A stretch of DNA of 64,000 nucleotides from the human T2T-CHM13v2.0 reference genome, Homo sapiens. The notes under the pieces are model-generated. The model saw only the letters and a program-made list of their open reading frames with translations. It did not search any database and was not told the origin of the DNA. How positions within the stretch are numbered: position 1 is the stretch's first letter; each line of letters starts with the position of its first letter. Positions 13,689 through 27,965 of the stretch are shown here, one piece after another. The stretch lies in the NCBI RefSeq assembly GCF_009914755.1, contig NC_060929.1, one strand, 5' to 3'. Made by a program: the position numbers and the translations under genes.

Positions 13689-14289
13689 TTTCAAGAAGAA
13701 GGGTAGATTCTGTTACAGACAAAATGACAAGAAAACACAATTTCTCTTTTCTTTTCAAGAAACCTGTACATATTAATTGCCATGATCATGTAGGTAGTAT
13801 GCTCTGAATGAGGAAATGCTTGACTCCTTTGCATGTGAAATATAGACATATTTTTCTAGACAGCAGAAAATAAGTATTTAGACAAAGCCTGTATCTTTTA
13901 GTCAACAGGAAGTTTTATCTTGAGTCAACTGTGAAAAAAGTAAAAAGTGATCTTTAACTGCAATAAATGAAGCACGACATAGTTAGAACACTTTGCTCAG
14001 TTTTGGGTCCTGCGCTTGCTTTTTTAAATCTTAAATTATTATAAGACCAATAGCCCATCATCTTCACCCAATCAATAGATCCTTGCCATTCTCCCCCAAA
14101 GCTTCTCCATTCCAAACACAATCTCTCCTTCCTTTCTAAAGTAATTACTTCCTTGACTTTTTATAAGAATCAGTTCCTTCCATTTCTCCCCAGCTTATTA
14201 CTCATGTGCATATCCGGGTACTAAGAATTTTTGAAATGTATTTTAAATTTCTCTTAATCTTAGTGTTCCCCACCATCTCTTTTACTTCC

Positions 14290-14410
14290 TTACAATTTAT
14301 CTGGATTTTGAGAATTGCATTCTCCTGCTGCAGTTCAACATATTCCTCTGTCCTCTGTATTTCCTGCAAATTGGCAACTGAATCCTGAGATTCCATGAGA
14401 CTCAATTCTT
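14290..14410 (-). mobile_element. Old L1 (L1MC4/5-like) 3' UTR fragment
   Basis: ttcctctgtcctctgtatttcctgcaaattggcaactgaatcc. Confidence 0.5.
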
Positions 14411-14414
14411 CCTC

Positions 14415-14568
14415 TATAGCAGGTAGAATGAGGGCCCCCAAAGACATCCACATTGAAATCTCTGCAACTTGTGAATATGCTACCTTACATGGCAAAAGAG
14501 ACTTTGCAGATTTGATTTATTTAAGGACCTTGAGAGTGAGGAGGTTATCCTGGATTATTCAAGTGGAC
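14415..14568 (+). mobile_element. MLT1D-like LTR 5' fragment
   Basis: caggtagaatgagggcccccaaagacatccac...gtgaatatgctaccttacatggcaaaagagactttgcagat...ttatcctggatta. Confidence 0.8.
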
Positions 14569-15709
14569 TTCACTGGGAACGTGGCTGAGGAACTAGACCT
14601 TTTGACTATCAACAATTCATTTAAAATGATTTGCATATGCTTGGAGGATTATAATTGTTTATATAATTTACATCTTATTTCAGGAATGTAGTAGCCAATT
14701 AAACTGTCTTTAGTATCAGATTCTTGCAGGAAGACAGTAACAGTGAAATTTTCACTTGCTTTCTAGGAGTTGCTGTGAAAATAGAGGACTAATGTGTTCG
14801 CTAATCATATGTTAGGTGGAAAAAAAGAGTGCTCTTTCAAAGAATTCCTGCATTAAGAAATGTATCTTTTACTTAAAGTTTAAAGATTCAATTTTCTCTC
14901 ATCATTTTAAATTATTAATGCTATGAAAAATAATCTAGATGGGATAAAAGAATCCTGTTGATGAAGGTAAAAGACCCCACTTCCTTGACCTTTCTCTGGT
15001 AGAGAATTAGAATAGCAGCATCTTTTCTCAAAAGTCTCAGCCAGGATCATCCATGGCCACTGTCCTTCGGGTCATGGAAGGAGCCTGTGAGTCACTGTCA
15101 CAGGCTACCCGAGCTTCCCTCTGTCACATAACAGCTGTGCAGCTTCAGGAGGTGACTCAGCCTCCATATTTTCAGTATTCTCATGGAGCGTCCTTCTGAG
15201 AGTTAACTGGTAGGGTCACGGGGCCCCTCTCCCACACATGTCACTGACTGACCACGTGATCATGTTGTGCCACTTCTGGTTCCTGCTCCTTGAACATGTG
15301 GGCTCAGCCATCCTCAATCCCCTGGCACCGCCTCCATCTTGTCCTACGTCAGTTCACTCAAAACTGTTCTTTAGAACTCCGGAGTCCCAGCTCTTCAGGA
15401 AGGCTAGGGGAACCCTTACGGCAACACCCGCTCCCTGGCTCGGCTGACTTAAAAGAGTACCTGCTCTTAGCTGCCTCTCATGCTCTGCCCTGTGGTTGTG
15501 CATGGTCTTGTGTGTCTCCGCAGCTGGTCTGGAAGAATCTTGAAGGCAGGCACTCTGTTCTGCTGGATTCTGGCCGTAGTTGGATGTAATCAATGCTCTT
15601 GCTCCGTCAGTGAAGAAGGGAGTCAACCTAATGCCTGAACCAGAGGATACAACCCTTGACTTTAACCCTTAATCTTAGCATGGAGGACTTCTGTGACTAA
15701 GGAAAGGAC

Positions 15710-16852
<1,143 letters not shown>

Positions 16853-17044
16853 ATTTTTTTTAAATAAGATTGAACTATATTCTACTGACAAGGAACATAA
16901 CCATCAGAGTTGAAGAAAGTACAAAGGATGTGTCAGATGTATACACTGATATTTGTAAATCTTTACTTAGTGAAACTAAAGAACTAAGTAAACATCATAT
17001 GCCATCTTCATGGACGGATGAGATATAAAGGTGTCAATAGTCCC

Positions 17045-17426
17045 TGTATTAGTGCAGTGTGAGACACACTGCCATGAAGAAATACCCGAGACTGGGTCAT
17101 TTATAAAGGAAAAAAGCTGAATTGATTACAGTTCCACGTGGCTTCGGAGGCCTCAGGAAACTTACAATCATAGCAGAAGGCTAAGGAGAACCAGGTACCT
17201 TCTTCACAGGGCTGCAGGACAGAGTGAGTGCAAGCAGGGGAAATGCCAGATGCTTATAAAACCATCAGATCCTGTGAGAACTCACTCACTGTCATGAGAG
17301 CAGCATGGGGGAAACTGTCCCCATGATTAAATTATCTCCACCTGGTCCTGCCCTTGACACATGGGGATTATGGGGATTACAATTCAAGATGAGATTTGGG
17401 CGGGGACACAAAGCCTAACCATATCA
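17045..17426 (-). mobile_element. THE1D-like solo LTR
   Basis: tgtattagt...aaccatatca; perfect TSD gtccc at 17040-17044 and 17427-17431. Confidence 0.92.
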
Positions 17427-18226
17427 GTCCCCAAACTGATGTATGTGTTTGATGCAATGCAATCTGATTAAGTTATTTTTTTCAAATGAAAAGGGAAAAA
17501 CAAATATTATGATGCTAAAATTTTAAAAGACGAAGCCGTATCAAGTTTGACAGAAGTTGTGAAGACTGATTTTCTGTCACACTCAGGGTAGGAATGCAAA
17601 TTTGTACCACTGTGCAAATCTGTTCATCAAGATCTACTCTGACCGCATGCATCCCCAACACTATGTAGGATATGTACACTATTACAATACTCTATACCTG
17701 GAAACAATAAACCTTAAGCAGAATGGATCAACATACCTGGTATACTCACACCACAGAATACTACACAGCAATATGAGTGAATGAATTACAACCACATGCA
17801 GCAACAGGGATGCTGGACTTGAGAGTGGATGGTATAGACATAGAGTTGATGGTTCAATGGCAATTTAGAAGCCCAAAATATTCAGAGTCCTCAAAAAATT
17901 CACAGAACTGGATCTGCTTATTAGCTTATTTGCATTTCCTGTGGTTGAAACATGTGATCGCTGATTAATTACCGAGCAGGTCCACAACTTTACAATCAAT
18001 GAGTCCATTTACAAGTTTTAACTGAGCACCTACTGTGCTCCAGAATTATTCCTATATAGCAGCAAACAAATTCCCTTCCAGACAAAGTTTATGTTCTAGA
18101 ACATGTCATTGCTTGGAAATGAAATCAGCATATGTGTATGTGTTACTGCAAAGTAGAAAGTATTCTCTAATTTTAGCTTCCTAGTCTGAGTTAATAGAAT
18201 CGAAGTACCTAGAACTAATTAATTAA

Positions 18227-18481
18227 TTTCTTTTTTGAGATGGAGTCTCATTCTGTCACCCGGGCTGAAGTGCAGTGGTGCCATCTTGGCTCACGGTAAT
18301 CTCCACCTCCTGGATTCAAGCGATTCTCCTGCCTTAGCCTCCTGGGTAGCTGGGGTTACAAGCGTGTGCCACCACACCCATTTAATTTTTGTATTTTTAG
18401 TAGGGACAGGGTTTCACCAGGTTGACCAGGCTGATCTCAAACTCCTGACCTCAGGTGATCCACCTGCCTTGGCCTTCCAAA
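18227..18481 (-). mobile_element. AluSx-like, 5'-truncated
   Basis: ctcctgacctcaggtgatccacc; stops at ccttccaaa; aattaattaa on both flanks as TSD. Confidence 0.92.
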
Positions 18482-19762
18482 ATTAATTAAATATTCTTTA
18501 CTTGTCCAAGTTGGCTTATCCATAATGATGCTCATTGTTCCAGAAACTACTTTTGTAACTTTCATAGGCTGATTTTATATGTGTTTTAATCAGATGACTT
18601 CAGTTAAATTTTTTTCACTATAAGAGTATTTAATTATATGAATATCATGTTCGTTTTATGCTAAGTAATAAAGTCTACCAAATAGCAGGTAAAATAGAAT
18701 TCAATATTGGTGAAATGAAAAGAAACAAATGAATGTAACAAAGATGAGAAAGGCAATGATATTAAACAGTAGTCTCCCTGAGTTGTAATATCTTCAGCTC
18801 ATCTTCATTATCTTGTCTGCTTGTGCAAAAATTTATGCAATGCACATATACTATTTTGTAATAAGAACTAAAGTTTTTTTAAAACCAAGAACGAAGAGAC
18901 CAATATTCATGGCTGGTTCTATTTTTGAAAAGGAGCTTCCTATTATGAACAATGGGTCTACTCTTTCATTTTTTAAAAGAAAAACATAATCATTTGTACT
19001 TGTAGCCATGTATGCATGCAATCATGCAGTCATTCACTAATTAAAAGACTTGTTTCATGTTGTTTTTTGAGGCCCACTATGAAATTAACTTCAAAGGATG
19101 AGGGGCAAGCATTTTAAACAAGAAGGCAGCTGAAGGCACTAGGAAATGAGCCAAGAGGCCTTCCTTCACTTTTGCTTCCAGTGGGCCACTCTCCTGGGTA
19201 TCCGCGATAATTTCAAAGGGAAGCTGTTAATTCATGATACACTCAATGTGTCCATGTATTGTAGTGATTTTCCACATAGATCTATTCACAGTGGTGCCAA
19301 AGATTTTCCTTGCCATTTAAGCAGGTGCATCACTGCAATCCTAATACTGGCCATTCTCATTTCTATTGCTGCCCTCAGAGGCTCTACTTGATCTCTTTGA
19401 TGTAGGAAGGGTCATGAACCCCCATACCACCTGGGAATCTGAGTGACTCACAGCAGTGGCGGGGGTGGCAATGTGGTCAGTGGTCCTTGAAATGTGCTGT
19501 GTTTCCTGAGGCACATTTTTCCCTTAAGAAAGAGGTGCTAGTAACATGTTTGAAAACATTCTGCATAGGAGAATACAGAGTCTACTGCAGTTAGGACACC
19601 TGAGTAGTGATTTCTATGACACCTTCCCGTCGCTGGCCAGCAGAGCACTGGTTGAGTAGCAAGGCACAGTTCATTGTCTCACTCATGGCCCCCTCACCTC
19701 ATTACGGTGGTCACTGACTGGTGGACACACTAGCTAACATCACCATTTCTATTTCCTTACAG

Positions 19763-19851
19763 AAGCCCACACGCTTCCTTTGTATTGCTTTGAGTAGCTT
19801 TTACGATGAGCTGCGTTTCTGTGTGTTATTGGACACACATTGTTTCCACGG
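19763..19851 (+). other. Candidate 89-nt exon (motif only)
   Basis: Acceptor catttctatttccttacag|AA and donor CACGG|gtatga; one open frame (KPTRFLCIALSSFYDELRFCVLLDTHCFH) that I do not recognise. Confidence 0.25.
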
Positions 19852-20268
19852 GTATGAGGTTATATTGCTGTTTATGTTGTAGGAAACCACCTAGCTCCAG
19901 GAATCACAATCTTCTGGAAGCCTCTATACTGCAGACACAGTCCTTTCTTCCCAGAACTCCCACCCATTTCTCTAAAAGTGCTGCCATGGCAAAAAATATT
20001 TGATTTTGCACCCTGCGCCACCGATGGAGGGAAGGGTATTCTTGAAGTTTACTCTCTGTTTTTGTGAACACAGCACAAAAAGCAAGGACTGGCATTTTGG
20101 GAGCACTGGGCCCCCAAGGCTCTGAATCCACCTGGCCCCCTTTAGTTCAACCATCTCATTTCTACACCGGGGGTTCCGTGAACCTGACATTGGTGGCCCA
20201 GGCCCACCTTTTCAGGGAGTTGCTGCCATAGCAGAAGGGAGGAAGCTGCTGCTGGCAGGTGGAGACCC

Positions 20269-20819
20269 GGGCTGTGGGTGAGTCTTCCCAACACGCATTC
20301 CTGCCAGAGGCAGGAGAAGGCTTCCCCTGGCACATGGCATGGGCTGCGGGTGAGCCTTCCCAACACGCATTCCTACCAGACGCCTGGGCTGCTGGTGAGC
20401 CTTCCCAGCACACATCCTACAGGAGGCAGGAGGAGGCTTCGCATGGCACGTGGCATGGGCTGCGGGTGAGCCTTCTCAATAGACATTCCTACAGGAGGCA
20501 AGAGGAGGCTTCGCATGGCACGTGGCATGGGCTGCGGTGAGCCTTCTCAATAGACATTCCTACAGGAGGCAGGAGGAGGCTTCGCATGGCACGTGGCATG
20601 GGCTGCGGGTGAGCCTTCTCAATAGACATTCCTACAGGAGGCAAGAGGAGGCTTCGCATGGCACGTGGCATGGGCTGCGGTGAGCCTTCTCAATAGACAT
20701 TCCTACAGGAGGCAGGAGGAGGCTTCGCATGGCACGTGGCATGGGCTGCGGGTGAGCCTTCTCAATAGACATTCCTACAGGAGGCAGGAGGAGGCTTCGC
20801 CTGGCACGTGGCATGGGCT
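20269..20819. repeat. GC-rich minisatellite/VNTR, 71-72-bp unit, about 7.7 copies
   Basis: Unit gggctgcgg(g)tgagccttctcaatagacattcctacaggaggca(a/g)gaggaggcttcgcatggcacgtggcat; units start at 20269, 20341 (partial), 20386, 20457, 20529, 20600, 20672, 20743. Confidence 0.97.
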
Positions 20820-23662
20820 ACTTTTTCTCTCTGCTGCGCGTGTTCATAGCATCTCAGGGATATGACTGGATTAGTGGTCTAGCTTGGTCTGTGTCTCTGA
20901 ATCAAGTTGTAAGGGGTTGGCATGGCAGGGTGTGTTACACAAATAAGGTAAATATTTATATTCCTTCAGGCTGGAGGAGGAAGACAAAGCATCTCACTTG
21001 GGGGTGTCCCTTAAAATAAATCATATCCACTTCTGGATCCAGCCACCTCCTGGAGGACGTGAGTACCCCCCAGGGCAGCCCTGACTGGGTGGGGACATCC
21101 AGCCGTGTATCTGGTAGCTTGAAGCAGAGTCTCTTTTTCATCCTCCACATACGGAGGTGGACCCAATGACTTGCTCTTAACAGCAGCTGTGGGCTGAGCC
21201 AGGAGCAGCGTGCAGACAGGCTGCGTGGCATAAAGTTCTGGGTAAGAATGAATTCTTTGTAAGCGCAGTGTCTCATGTTTGATTTTTGCAACACTGAGGA
21301 ACTTTGATGTCTTTTCACTCTAAGGCACAGCAATGGACTGGATGATTGCTCAGAGAGTGATAATCCCTGGTTCACTAAACTAACTGAATGAGATTTAGAC
21401 AATTATTATTTATATATAAATTTGATATATATGTATACCAAACCCATTATTGCATATTCCGAAGAGTATCCTAATTACTTAAGCAGCTTGAAATTTAATT
21501 GTGTTGGATTTAAGCTAGTGAACCTGTTACTAATTTTCCAACCCTCCAACTTTTCCTTGAGTTATCTTTCAGTGTGGGCTTTTACTGATGGAGTTTGAGC
21601 AGATGGAGAAGCATGGTGCTCTCGCTGGACTAACTGAGAACCTTCCTTTTGTCCAGAGAGAGCTTGTGTGAGGAGCATGACCTACAGAAGATGTGACTGG
21701 ATTGTGAGGGGGTGATGCTTCTCTGGGTGACTTGAGAGCGAGTGTAGAGACAGGAAATAAACAAGGAAGATAGCAAGGTATCCATGATGGAAAAGATGCT
21801 ATCTAGATAGGTTTTATAACCAAGGAGAGAGAAGAGACAGGAATTAAGAGTTACTGAGAGCTTCTAATTGCCAAGTATTGGCTGGTTGCCTTCTATCAAT
21901 TCATTCTTCAGTCCTCAGTGACACTGGAGGCACACGGACACAGCTCCCGTCAGAGGTTCAAGAGAGTCTGAGTAGGAGCCTGAGGTCATACACTAAGTAC
22001 AAGACAAGGCTCCTGCAACTCCAGATCCTGTGGCTTCCATTCTGCCCATTTCAGAGCTCATGTCTCCAGGGGCTGTGGCCACAGCTGGGCTCCCCTTGGT
22101 GTTGTCACCACCTGCACCCAAGGCTGGCAGGGCAGCAGTTCTTGGCCTTGTTTTGGGCACAAAAGCAGTAGGGGTTTGCTCTCACTTTAAACCAGGAACC
22201 TCAGCCCTGACAGTCCAGTTTACTGGTTCAACAGACTCCTTGATTTTCTCTCACAGGCAGATGAGAGCATTTCAATTTACCCCTCTCTTTTGGCTGGGCC
22301 GGAGCTTCTTAGGCAGAGATCTGGAGAGCTGAGCCTTTTCCATTCAGTTCCCACCAATGCACTTAGGTGGATGTAGTTAAACATTTATGGAACACCATGT
22401 ATGTGCAATGTCACACTCTTGGACTTGCTTACAGTTGTTCTCTGCCCTTACACCATGGCAGGCAACCGTCTTACCACCGTCATTACTGTTAATTGAGAGA
22501 GGAACACTAATGCCGTATATTCCCTAGATTTTACAGTTTACGAATTGCTTTCCTGACTGCTTTCTTTGATATAAAACTCTTCCTTAGACTCTGATCTGGA
22601 ATCACTCTTTATGAGGATTGGCAATTTTGGTCTAAAAATAAACAATCTGCAAGTAAAAACTAGACACAGTTTTAGAGTTGGGGGTAGAACTTGAAAATGT
22701 AAATGTTTTTGATTGCTTGTGATTGATAAATAGGATTTATAGTACTGAATTTTGGAAAATGGTATTTACCAAATTATTATCTTCACCTTAGAGAATTGGG
22801 CTTTTTTTTTTTCTTTCACACCAAAACGTACTGAAAGAACAGACCTTGAGAATAGAATGAATCAGCAGAGGAAGCACCTAAAGCAGAAAGAAGCTTTTAC
22901 AGCGAAGACTATTTTGGGAATTTGGTTGGTTCCCTTTGTGAGGATAATTCATCATTTTTCTTCTTTTTTTTTTTTTTCTAATGTGCGCAGCATTTTGTTA
23001 AATAGCATTTTGGTAAATTGCTGGCCTCCAATGTGATTACAAAATGAATTTTCTGAATTATAACCCACCAAACATTTTTATTATTCAAGAGGCAGGTGCA
23101 TTATGAAGAGCTAGAAGTTTTTTTTGACCACTAACTTGCTAACATTTGTTGGTAGTCCTAATTAGTTGGCATTAGTTGGCTCTTGGCTAACGTCCATCCA
23201 GGAGGTGGCTGTGTTGTGCACCTGCGTGGGTCGCCAGCTTTCACTTCCCCTCCAATGTCTGTAAAGACTCCAGTACCAAGGAAGGCAGAGCTCAAAAGAG
23301 ACACAGGCAGACTGAAGACCCTCCTGTCTTCTTGGGGTGAGCTAGATTCCTGACAGTGCTCCTAGCCTAGCAGTACCCATACAAGTCCTAGGTGCTGTTA
23401 GCTCCTCCTAGGAGGCTCTCATCTGGGTGCCCTCCCAGATCAAGAAGCTAGGAAGCATGGCTACACTGGGAAGGCAGTGCAGTTATTGTTTCTCCTACCT
23501 TCTTCTTGAATAGAAATAGGTTTGCCTCTGGTCGATGTGGTGCCTGTATGTAAATGAGAAACAATCTCCCCTGCGTTAGAACCTGGTCCTAGGCTTGGCA
23601 CACACTTGCCCATCTGTAGGCAAGTGTATGCCCAGCACAAGACCCAGCACAGGAAAGCTGGA

Positions 23663-24041
23663 TGTTGTGATGCATCGCCCAGAGCCACTTTCAGGAATGA
23701 AGCACCTCCTTCCTCAGGTGCTGGGGATGCTGCTGGGATAGAGTGCCCAGCTGCCAGTCTCCCTGGAGACTGCCTCAACTGAGGGAGGTCCTGCCCCTAT
23801 TGCTGTGACCTGTATTCAAGGACTGATAAGTGTCCCAACTTGGAAAAATGCTGAAGGCTCATCCCAGCTTCAGGACTCCCCACAGGTGGGCTGGGGCTTC
23901 TAGAGACACTGCAGCATAACCCAGTTTCTTTCTCAGCCCAATCCCTCCTATGAGTTGTGATTGCAGGAGCACTAGCTAAGAAATTGTTTATGTGCTAATC
24001 TTTACCTCAGAACTGGCTCCCTGGGAACCCAGCCTGCAGCA
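23663..24041 (+). mobile_element. LTR16-family ERVL solo LTR
   Basis: gcatcgcccagagcc...ctgcctcaactgaggga...gaaggctcatcccagcttcag...ctcagaactggctccctgggaacccagcctgcagca. Confidence 0.7.
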
Positions 24042-24584
24042 ACAAATGGGCCTCACAGGACTCACCCTACTTTCAGCTTGGAGTCTACATCTCAAAAAAT
24101 CTGACCCTTACCTCTTTCTAAAATGTAGCTTGAGTGATACTTGCCAAATGCTAGTTCGATCATATCCCTTCTTGGAATCCTCCGTGGCTTTAACTTTGTT
24201 CTTAGGGACAAAGAGTAGCCTCCTTCATGTGGTTGATATGTAGTCTGACCATCAGATTTGCCAGCCATATTAGGACAATTTAGGAAACACAAGAGAGAAC
24301 AACAATTATTTCATCTTATACAATTTTTGAAATGTTTATTTGCTGAATGACAGGTTGATATTATTACATTGGTAGACCTCTAAAATAGTTGAATAAAAGT
24401 AATTAAAAGATGGCCTAAAACATGAAAATAACACATACATTAAAGCAACATTTAATCTTCATATTACTAATCTGAATATTAAAATAAAATAAGCAGAATG
24501 GTCATTTAGGCTACATGTTTATAAACTTTATCAGGTATTTAGCATATTTATATCTACTATTAAGTCACTGGTATTTTTCCATAG

Positions 24585-24959
<375 letters not shown>

Positions 24960-25234
24960 TGAATTTCATAGCTAACAAATTTGAAGTTACTGATGCCTTT
25001 AGTTTACTCTTCTGTACAATCATAGCATTTTTAACTGAGAGAATATTCTTAACAGGTGCTGATTCCTAAATTCCTAAAGAAGGAACCCCTCAATTCTAAT
25101 TTTTATATTGAAATACATACATGTTTTAGGCCAAATCTCTTCACACTTTCTGACTTTTAACCTCCATTCAGAGTATCCATCTTTGATAAATATTTTTGAA
25201 AGATAAAATTTATTAAATAAATTATCTATTTATG

Positions 25235-27369
25235 AACTGTATCTCTCACACTTTGCTGGTGGGAATGCAAAATATAGGGCAGTCACTTTGAAAAAGTGAT
25301 TGGCAGTTTCCTAGAAGGTTAAGTATACTTTCACCATCAACTTAGCAACCTCATTCTGAGGCACATATCTGAAAGAAATCAAAGGATACAACCAGAAATG
25401 ACTTGTAAAATAATATTTATAGCAGTTTTATTCATTATAGCCAAAACTTGGAACCCCTCCAGTGTCCACCAACAGGAGATTGGATAAAACATTATGCTAG
25501 GCAAACAATGCCAGACATCAAAGAATACATACTTATGATTTATTATTTCATTTGTGCAAAGTTCAATATCAGGCAAAGCTAATTTATGGTGATAGAAAAC
25601 AGAACAGTGGCTGTCTCTGGAGGCGGAAGCAGGACTAACTAGAGAGCAACAAACAGAACTTCTGAGGAAAGGGAAATTTTGATTTTGGAAATCATGGTCT
25701 CCTCAATTTACCCTATTCTCATGCCAAATATATACTTACATAATTAAAAGGTAAAATTCCACTAAAAATCTGCACAAAAGCTGAGACATAAAACTTCAAA
25801 ATTATATTCTAAGCTCCATATAAGCTCTCATCTTTTAATTTGTTTAGTTCTTTAATAGCTCTTTAGGGACAAATTTCATTATCTATTTGCTAGCTTTGTT
25901 TTAGATAATTGAAATTTGTCAAAAGTTTCCAAAGCTGAGGTTTTCTTTTCCTGCCTCACTGAATATTTGGATTTAGAGTTTTTCAGTATTATTCAGAGGA
26001 CGTCAAAACATTCAATCTTTTCTCAGGACACTCACTGATTTACAAATATAGTGATCACAGGCACTTACCTTTGTTTTGAAAAATTATTATTGACATATTT
26101 TTACTTAAAGTGCATACATTTAATCTATGCAGCTTAACCTTAATTAATTTTTAAAGGTAACATATCCATATAAACACAACTTAAAGATTTAGTGTATTTT
26201 TGAGTTCCTTCCCAGGATATGCCCCTTGTGGTGAAAACTCCCATGATGGCTTTCCGCTATTTGACCTCAAACCCCACATGGTGGGCAGAATAATGTCCCC
26301 AAGGATGTCCATGTCCTAATCTCTGGAACCTGTGAATATGTTATGTTAAGTGGAAAGAGGAATTAAGGTAGCAGATGAAATTGCTAATCAGCTGACTGTA
26401 AGAGGGAGATTATCCAGGATTATCTGCGGGGACCAGTGTAATCACAAAGGTCTTTAAAGACGGAAGACGGAGGGAGAGTCAGAGTTGCAGTAATGCCCTA
26501 TGAAAAAGACTCGACTGGCTGCGACTGGCTTTGAAGATAAGAAGAATGCCGGGAGCCAGGAAGTACAGGCAGTGTCTAAAAGCTAGAAAAATAAGAAAAT
26601 GCATTCTCTTCCAAAGCCTCCAGAAAGGAAGGCAGCCCTGACATCACCTTGATTTTTAGCCAGGAATGCCCATTTTGGACTTTTGACCTCTGGAACTGTA
26701 AAAGAATAAATTTGTTTTGTTTCAAGCCATTAAATTTGTGAAAATTTATTACACCAAAAATAGAAAAGCAGAAAACCAGTACACCTCATTTATTAAATTG
26801 ATCTACTTTTGCTTTCTTGTTGAGGTATGACTTAAATCAAATTATACAAGTCATAAGCATACATTTGATGAGACCTGGCAAAGATAGAGACACCTGTGTA
26901 ACCCACAGCCCAATCAGACAGAGTATTTCCCTCTTCTCAGAAAGTTCCCTGTGTTAGTCTCTAGCTAGTCCTGCCTCCACCTCCAGAGACAGCTGCTGTT
27001 CTGATTTCTATCACCATAAATTAGTTTTGCCTGTTATTGAACTTCTTACAAATGAAATAATAAATCATAAGTATGTATTCTTTGATGTCTGGCTTTGTTT
27101 GCTTAGCATAATGTTCCATCCAGTCTCCTGTTGGTGGACATTGGAGGGGTTCCAGTTTTTTGGCTATAATGAATAAAACTGATACAAATATTATTTTACA
27201 AGTCATTTCTGGTTGTATCCTTTGATTTTTTTCAGATATGTGCCTCAGAATGAGGTTGCTAAGTTGATGGTGAAAGTATACTTAACCTTTTGAGAAACAG
27301 CCAATCACTTTTTCAAAGTGATTGTCCTATATTTTGCATTCCCACCAGCAATGTATGAGAGATCCAGTT
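25235..27369. repeat. Inverted duplication 2: arms 25235-25677 and 26925-27369 (L1-derived), 1247-bp spacer
   Basis: Hand alignment gives about 39-40 differences in 445 positions (about 91% identity), including 2 single-base gaps. Confidence 0.97.
26277..26783 (+). mobile_element. MLT1D-like solo LTR in the spacer of inverted duplication 2
   Basis: ggcagaataatgtcccc...ggaacctgtgaatatgtta...agcctccagaaaggaa...gaactgtaaaagaataaatttg...accagtaca. Confidence 0.88.
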
Positions 27370-27965
27370 GCTCCAAATTCTTGATGACACTTGATGTTGC
27401 CAGTCATGTTAATGGCAGCCATTGCAGTGGGTGTAAAGTGATATTTCATTGTGATTCTAACACATCTTCCTGCTAACCCATGATTGCTGAGCTCCTTTCT
27501 ATGGTTTATTGGCCAGCACATATTTTCTGTTGTGAGTTTTCCTTCAAATCTTTTGCCTCTTTTTAAGATTAGATTGTTTTTACTATTTGTTTTTTTTGGA
27601 TTTTCATCCCTGGATACATATTCTTTGTCAGATATACATATTGTGAATATTTTCCCCTGCCTTCTCTTGCCTTCTTGTTTTCTTAGCTATGTCTTCTGAA
27701 GAGCGTGAGTTTATAATTTTGCTAAAGTTCAATTTATCATTTTGCTTTTTTTTTTTTTGGTTAGTGCTTTATTTAGTGTCCTAAGAGTTATGTTGAAGAT
27801 GAAAGTGCATATTTTGTTCTAGAAGCTTTATGGTTTCAGCTTCCATTCAAGTCTACAAGCTGTCTTAACTTTTTTATAGAGTATAATGTAGAGGTTAAGG
27901 TTTGTTTTTATCTCCATGAATATCTAATTGTCCCAGCACTGTTTGTTGTATCAATACCTTTTTGC
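26810..27965 (-). mobile_element. Old L1 (L1MD/ME-like) 3' region; donor of inverted duplication 2
   Basis: ttgaggtatgactta..., tttctatcaccataaattagttttgcctgtt, ttgcattcccaccagcaatgtatgaga, ctaattgtcccagcactgtttgttg; L1 similarity continues on both sides of the arm. Confidence 0.85.

Noticed and set aside
20269-20819. CRISPR-like array
   Set aside because: Units are contiguous near-identical copies with no unique spacers and no cas genes, and the DNA is primate; it is a minisatellite.
20142-20865. Repetitive ORFs across the VNTR
   Set aside because: Produced by the repeat unit; the 72/71 alternation shifts frames and there is no evidence of coding.
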